Shown one piece after another: positions 57,671-64,000 of a stretch of 64,000 nt of DNA. The translations under genes were made by a program, and so were the position numbers. Under the pieces are notes generated by a model. That model worked only from the letters and a program-made list of their open reading frames with translations. It ran no database searches and had not been told where the DNA came from. This DNA comes from Eledone cirrhosa (lineage: Eukaryota): contig OZ024748.1 in NCBI GenBank assembly GCA_964016885.1, positions 25,916,001-25,980,000 on the forward strand. The letters are read 5' to 3'. Each line of letters begins with the position of its first letter. Position 1 is the stretch's first letter.

Positions 57671-58361
57671 TAATAAAGATAGATATAGAGGACCCCAGCA
57701 GTGGACCGGTACTTTTTATTGTTTGGTTCTCGAAAGGACGAAAGGCAAAATTGACCTCGGTGAGTTTTAAACTGAGAGACAAGAGAGCCGGAACGAATAT
57801 TGCAAAGCATTCTATCGATGCTCTACCGATTTAGCCAATTCGCCGCTTTGAATCATTTTTAGGCGATTGCAAAAATGGAATTTCTTTTGTTCGCTAAACC
57901 TATTATAGGGGTACCACATATGGGTCTGTTGTATATATACATTTGAGTATTCGGGGTGGGGGTGGGGCGAACTCAAGAGTTGCCTCGAGCTACCCTAACT
58001 CTAGCTACGCCACTGGATGGTCATCGCTGGAATACCTTTGAGTATGTTGGTCTGTATACCGAATCAGGGATGAAACGGGGTTAAACAGTGCGGATAAACA
58101 GGCGACTAACAGCAATTGACTTTCACTCGTTCTTATCACCATAGAATGATAGAATTAGTGGTTTAATAACATTCGTTGTGTGGGTTAACTAAAATTAAAC
58201 GTAATATAGAAAAACAAGCACAAGAGAGACAACTCTTGAAGAAAACCGTTGAACTAAAATATCGAATTGGTAGGATCGTAGAGCATCGGACAAAATGCCT
58301 GCGATATTTTAGTTAAGGTCTTTCTTTATATTCAGAGAGCAAACGTTTCTTTTCATTATTT

Positions 58362-58550
58362 AGGGTGGTGGATTGGCAGTATCAGTAGAGGGTATAACGC
58401 CATGCTTTGCAGCACAGTTACGCCCCTTTACGGACTGAGTTCAAATCCCGCCGAGGTTAACTTTGCCTTTCATCCTTACGGGGTCGATAAAATAAAGTAC
58501 CAGTAATGTACTGAGTAATTGCTGGCCTTGTGCCAAAAGTAAAAACAATT
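58362..58550 (+). mobile_element. SINE family 1
   Basis: Colinear with 15557-15746. Confidence 0.85.
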
Positions 58551-59401
58551 ATTTAAGCGTCTATAAAATATAGCTGCAGTTAAATACAGAATTTGATTTT
58601 TATAACGCATTATTTTAGTTGTCAATGGACGTGAAATAATATGTTTAATTTAGAGTTACTTCCTAATTTCACTGAGGCTTTGGGGCTAGAGTGTTCAGCT
58701 CACGATCGTATGGTCGTGAGTTCGATTCCAGGTAGCGCGTTGTATGATTTTTTTTTTTTTATAAACTCAAGTAAATGATTTTTCACACAGTCTACACCAA
58801 CATATTACTTAGTTCAACGATCTCCATATAATTAATGTAAAATATAGTCAGTTCCCAACGGGATTCGAAGCCATTGAGGAATTGAATTCCTTTATAGAAA
58901 CATATTTTCATTTATAATCTTTTACTGGTTGCATTCACTAGATTGCGGCCATGCTGGGGCATCACATTGAAGGGAGTTTGTCGATTATATCAATCCCAGT
59001 ACTTAATTGTTCAAACCTGATACATATTTTATCGATCTCTTTTTGTTAAACTGCTAAGTTACAACACACAAACAACAATAAAAATAAACACATACATACA
59101 CTTGTATATAACGGGCTTCTGCACAGCTTCCACCTCCCAAATTCTACTCACAAGGCATGGATTGACACGAATTTCCCAAAGTAGCCATACAGTAAGATTC
59201 AACTCAAAACCACGTGGTTGTGAAGCGAACGCTTTAACCACGCAGCCATGCCTAGAGAAGACAGTTATAGTAGATGTCAAAATATATTTGACAAGAAATT
59301 TCAAAACAAATAACTATAACGAGAAATACATGTCAATATTGTTTTCAGATATTTCGTTAAAGTTGGCTAGGATAGCATTTTTGTTAAATTTATTGTTTCA
59401 T

Positions 59402-59580
59402 AACTGTTTCTACTATTGGCACAAGGCCAGCAATTACCCAGTACATTACTGGTACTTTATTTTATCGACCCCGTAAGGATGAAAGGCAAAGTTAACCTTG
59501 GCGGGATTTGAACTCAGAATGGCAAGGGCCGTAACTCTATGCGTCAAAGCATGGCGTCCGATCCTCTACCGATACTGCCA
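59402..59580 (-). mobile_element. SINE family 1
   Basis: Reverse complement of 15557-15746; lies just before the satellite. Confidence 0.85.
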
Positions 59581-59601
59581 AAACACTTGCTCAAATACTG
59601 C

Positions 59602-60090
59602 TTAGTCTAACTATACTAATTTCCCATTAGTCTAACTATACTAACTACCCATTAGTCTAGCTACTAATTACCCGTTAGTCTAACTATACTAATTGACCGT
59701 TATACTAACTACTAATTACCCGTTAGTCTAATTATACTAATTGCCCATTAGTCTAACTATACTACCCATTAGTCTAACTACTAATTACCCGTTAGTCTAA
59801 CTACTAATTACCCTTTAGTCTAACTATTAATTAATTACCTGTTAGTCTAACTTAATTACCGGTTAGTCTAACTATACTAACTGCCCGTTAGTCTAACTAT
59901 ACTAATTAACCGTTAGTTTAACTATACTAACTACCCATTAGTCTAATTATACTAACTACCCATTAGTCTAACTATACTAATTGCCCGTTAGGTTAACTAT
60001 ACTAACTACCCATTAGTCTAACTATACTAATTGCTAATTGCACGTTAGTCTAACTATACTAATTGCCCGTCAGTTTAACTATACTAATAG
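59602..60090. repeat. Irregular 21-25-bp tandem repeat (TTAGTCTAACTATACTAATTACCCG) leading into the 36-bp satellite
   Basis: Directly visible; shares TTAGTCT.ACT.TACTAATTAC with the 36-mer. Confidence 0.9.
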
Positions 60091-63000
60091 CTGGTTAGAT
60101 AATCCTTAGTCTCACTGTACTAATTACTGGTTAGATAATCCTTAGTCTCACTATACTAATTACTGGTTAGATAATCCTTAGTCTCACTGTACTAATTACT
60201 GGTTAGATAATCCTTAGTCTCACTGTACTAATTACTGGTTAGATAATCCTTAGTCTCACTGTACTAATTACTGGTTAGATAATCCTTAGTCTCACTATAC
60301 TAATTACTGGTTAGATAATCCTTAGTCTCACTGTACTAATTACTGGTTAGATAATCCTTAGTCTCACTGTACCAATTACTGGTTAGATAATCCTTAGTCT
60401 CACTATACTAATTACTGGTTAGATAATCCTTAGTCTCACGGTACTAATTACTGGTTAGATAATCCTTAGTCTCACTGTACTAATTACTGGTTAGATAATC
60501 CTTAGTCTCACTGTACTAATTACTGGTTAGATAATCCTTAGTCTCACTGTACTAATTACTTGTTGGATAATCCTTAGTCTCACTGTACTAATTACTTGTT
60601 AGATAATCCTTAGTCTCACTGTACTAATTACTGGTTAGATAATCCTTAGTCTAACTGTACTAATTACTGGTTAGATAATCCTTAGTCTCACTGTACTAAT
60701 TACTGGTTAGATAATCCTTAGTCTCACTATACTAATTACAGGTTAGATAATCCTTAGTCTCACTGTACTAATTACTTGTTAGATAATCATTAGTCTCACT
60801 GTACTAATTACTGGTTAGATAATCCTTAGTCTCACTATACTAATTACTTGTTAGATAATCCTTAGTCTCACTGTACTAATTACTGGTTAGATAATCCTTA
60901 GTCTCACTGTACTAATTACTGGTTAGATAATCCTTAGTCTCACTGTACTAATTACTGGTTAGATAATCCTTAGTCTAACTGTACTAATTACTTGTTAGAT
61001 AATCCTTAGTCTCACTGTACTAATTACTGATTAGATAATCCTTAGTCTAACTGTACTAATTACTTGTTAGATAATCCTTAGTCTCACTGTACTAATTACT
61101 GGTTAGATAATCCTTAGTGTAACTGTACTAATTATTTGTTAGATAATCCTTAGTCTCACTGTACTAATTACTTGTTAGATAATCCTTAGTCTAACTGTAC
61201 TAATTACTGGTTAGATAATCCTTAGTCTCACTGTACTAATAACTTGTTAGATAATCCTCAGTCTCACTGTACTAATTACTGGTTAGATAATACTTAGTCT
61301 CACTGTACTAATTACTTGTTAGATAATCCTTAGTCTCACTGTACTAATTACTGGTTAGATAATCCTTAGTCTCACTGTACTAATTACTTGTTAGATAATC
61401 CTTAATCTCACTGTACTAATTACTGGTTAGATAATCCTTAGTCTCACTATACTAATTACTGGTTAGATAATCCTTAGTCTCACTGTACTAATTACTGGTT
61501 AGATAATCCTTAGTCTCACTGTACTAATTACTTGTTAGATAATCCTTAGTCTCACTGTACTAATTACTTGTTAGATAATCCTTAGTCTCACTGTACTACT
61601 TACTGGTTAGATAATCCTTAGTCTCACTGTACTAATTACAGGTTAGATAATCCTTAGTCTCACTGTACTAATTACTGGTTAGATAATCCTTAGTCTCACT
61701 GTAGTAATTACTTGTTAGATAATCCTTAGCCTCACTGTACTAATTACTGGTTAGATAATCCTTAGTCTCACTGTACTGATTACTGGTTAGATAATCCTTA
61801 GTCTCACTGTACTAATTACTTGTTAAATAATCCTTAGTCTCATTATACTAATTACAGGTTAGATAATCCTTAGTCTCACTGTACTAATTACAGGTTAGAT
61901 AATCCTTAGTCTCACTATACTAATTACTGGTTAGATAATCCTTAGTCTCACTGTACTAATTACTGGTTAGATAATCCTTAGTCTCACTATACTAATTACT
62001 GGTTAGATAATACTTAGTCTCACTATACCAATTACAGGTTAGATAATCCTTAGTCTCACTGTACTAATTACTTGTTAGATAAACCTTAGTCTCACTATAC
62101 TAATTACTGGTTAGATAATCCTTAGTCTCACTGTACTAATTACTGGTTAGATAATCCTTAGTCTCACTGTACAAATTACTGGTTAGATAATTCTTAGTCT
62201 CACTCTACTAATTACAGGTTAGATAATACTTAGTCTCACTATACTAATTACAGGTTAGATAATCCTTAGTCTCACTGTACTAATTACTTGTTAGATAATC
62301 CTTAGTCTCACTATACTAATTACAGGTTAGATAATCCTTAGTCTCACTGTACTAATTACTGGTTAGATAATCCTTAGTCTCACTATACTAATTACAGGTT
62401 AGATAATCCTTAGTCTCACTGTACTAATTACTTGTTAGATAATCATTAGTCTCACTGTACTAATTACTGGTTAGATAATCCTTAGTCTCACTATACTAAT
62501 TACTTGTTAGATAATCCTTAGTCTCACTGTACTAATTACTGGTTAGATAATCCTTAGTCTCACTATACTAATTACTGGTTAGATAATCCTTAGTCTCACT
62601 GTACTAATTACTGGTTAGATAATCCTTAGTCTCACTGTACTAATTACTGGTTAGATAATCCTTAGTCTAACTGTACTAATTACTTGTTAGATAATCCTTA
62701 GTCTCACTGTACTAATTACTGATTAGATAATCCTTAGTCTAACTGTACTAATTACTTGTTAGATAATCCTTAGTCTCACTGTACTAATTACTGGTTAGAT
62801 AATCCTTAGTGTAACTGTACTAATTATTTGTTAGATAATCCTTAGTCTCACTGTACTAATTACTTGTTAGATAATCCTTAGTCTAACTGTACTAATTACT
62901 GGTTAGATAATCCTTAGTCTCACTGTACTAATAACTTGTTAGATAATCCTCAGTCTCACTGTACTAATTACTGGTTAGATAATACTTAGTCTCACTGTAC

Positions 63001-64000
63001 TAATTACTTGTTAGATAATCCTTAGTCTCACTGTACTAATTACTGGTTAGATAATCCTTAGTCTCACTGTACTAATTACTTGTTAGATAATCCTTAATCT
63101 CACTGTACTAATTACTGGTTAGATAATCCTTAGTCTCACTATACTAATTACTGGTTAGATAATCCTTAGTCTCACTGTACTAATTACTGGTTAGATAATC
63201 CTTAGTCTCACTGTACTAATTACTTGTTAGATAATCCTTAGTCTCACTGTACTAATTACTTGTTAGATAATCCTTAGTCTCACTGTACTACTTACTGGTT
63301 AGATAATCCTTAGTCTCACTGTACTAATTACAGGTTAGATAATCCTTAGTCTCACTGTACTAATTACTGGTTAGATAATCCTTAGTCTCACTGTAGTAAT
63401 TACTTGTTAGATAATCCTTAGCCTCACTGTACTAATTACTGGTTAGATAATCCTTAGTCTCACTGTACTGATTACTGGTTAGATAATCCTTAGTCTCACT
63501 GTACTAATTACTTGTTAAATAATCCTTAGTCTCATTATACTAATTACAGGTTAGATAATCCTTAGTCTCACTGTACTAATTACAGGTTAGATAATCCTTA
63601 GTCTCACTATACTAATTACTGGTTAGATAATCCTTAGTCTCACTGTACTAATTACTGGTTAGATAATCCTTAGTCTCACTATACTAATTACTGGTTAGAT
63701 AATACTTAGTCTCACTATACCAATTACAGGTTAGATAATCCTTAGTCTCACTGTACTAATTACTTGTTAGATAAACCTTAGTCTCACTATACTAATTACT
63801 GGTTAGATAATCCTTAGTCTCACTGTACTAATTACTGGTTAGATAATCCTTAGTCTCACTGTACTAATTACAGGTTAGATAATTCTTAGTCTCACTCTAC
63901 TAATTACAGGTTAGATAATACTTAGTCTCACTATACTAATTACAGGTTAGATAATCCTTAGTCTCACTGTACTAATTACTTGTTAGATAATCCTTAGTCT
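60091..64000. repeat. 36-bp satellite (>108 copies, runs off the window)
   Basis: Unit GGTTAGATAATCCTTAGTCTCACTGTACTAATTACT with no length variation seen. Confidence 0.98.

Noticed and set aside
60091-64000. CRISPR repeat (36 bp) or telomeric array
   Set aside because: No spacers. GGTTAG occurs only once per unit and there are no (TTAGGG)n runs.

Overview
AT-rich, repeat-saturated animal genomic DNA. The SINE families and extreme (TA)n/(CA)n load suggest an octopus/cephalopod, which is an inference. One host gene can be reconstructed by hand: a 5-exon minus-strand gene (20861->11939, 282 aa, four GT-AG introns, all in phase). It has a WTPFP motif and a C-terminal UBZ finger with the spacing of FAAP20 (Fanconi anaemia core-complex subunit). 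The rest is mobile DNA and tandem repeats: a decayed CRE-clade RLE retrotransposon in intron 1, two Penelope-like elements (PLEs) of different groups, a young Tx1/L1 LINE with a target-site duplication, many Helitrons, two Tc1/mariner relics, tRNA-derived SINEs, a 4.5-kb alternating purine/pyrimidine microsatellite, and 43-bp and 36-bp satellites. The most striking hidden layer is a set of fold-back (inverted-repeat) insertions sitting in (TA)n tracts, several carrying minimal type I hammerhead ribozyme motifs from at least four unrelated sequence families. Most long ORFs in the supplied track are microsatellite artefacts. All calls come from reading the sequence; no searches or folding programs were run.
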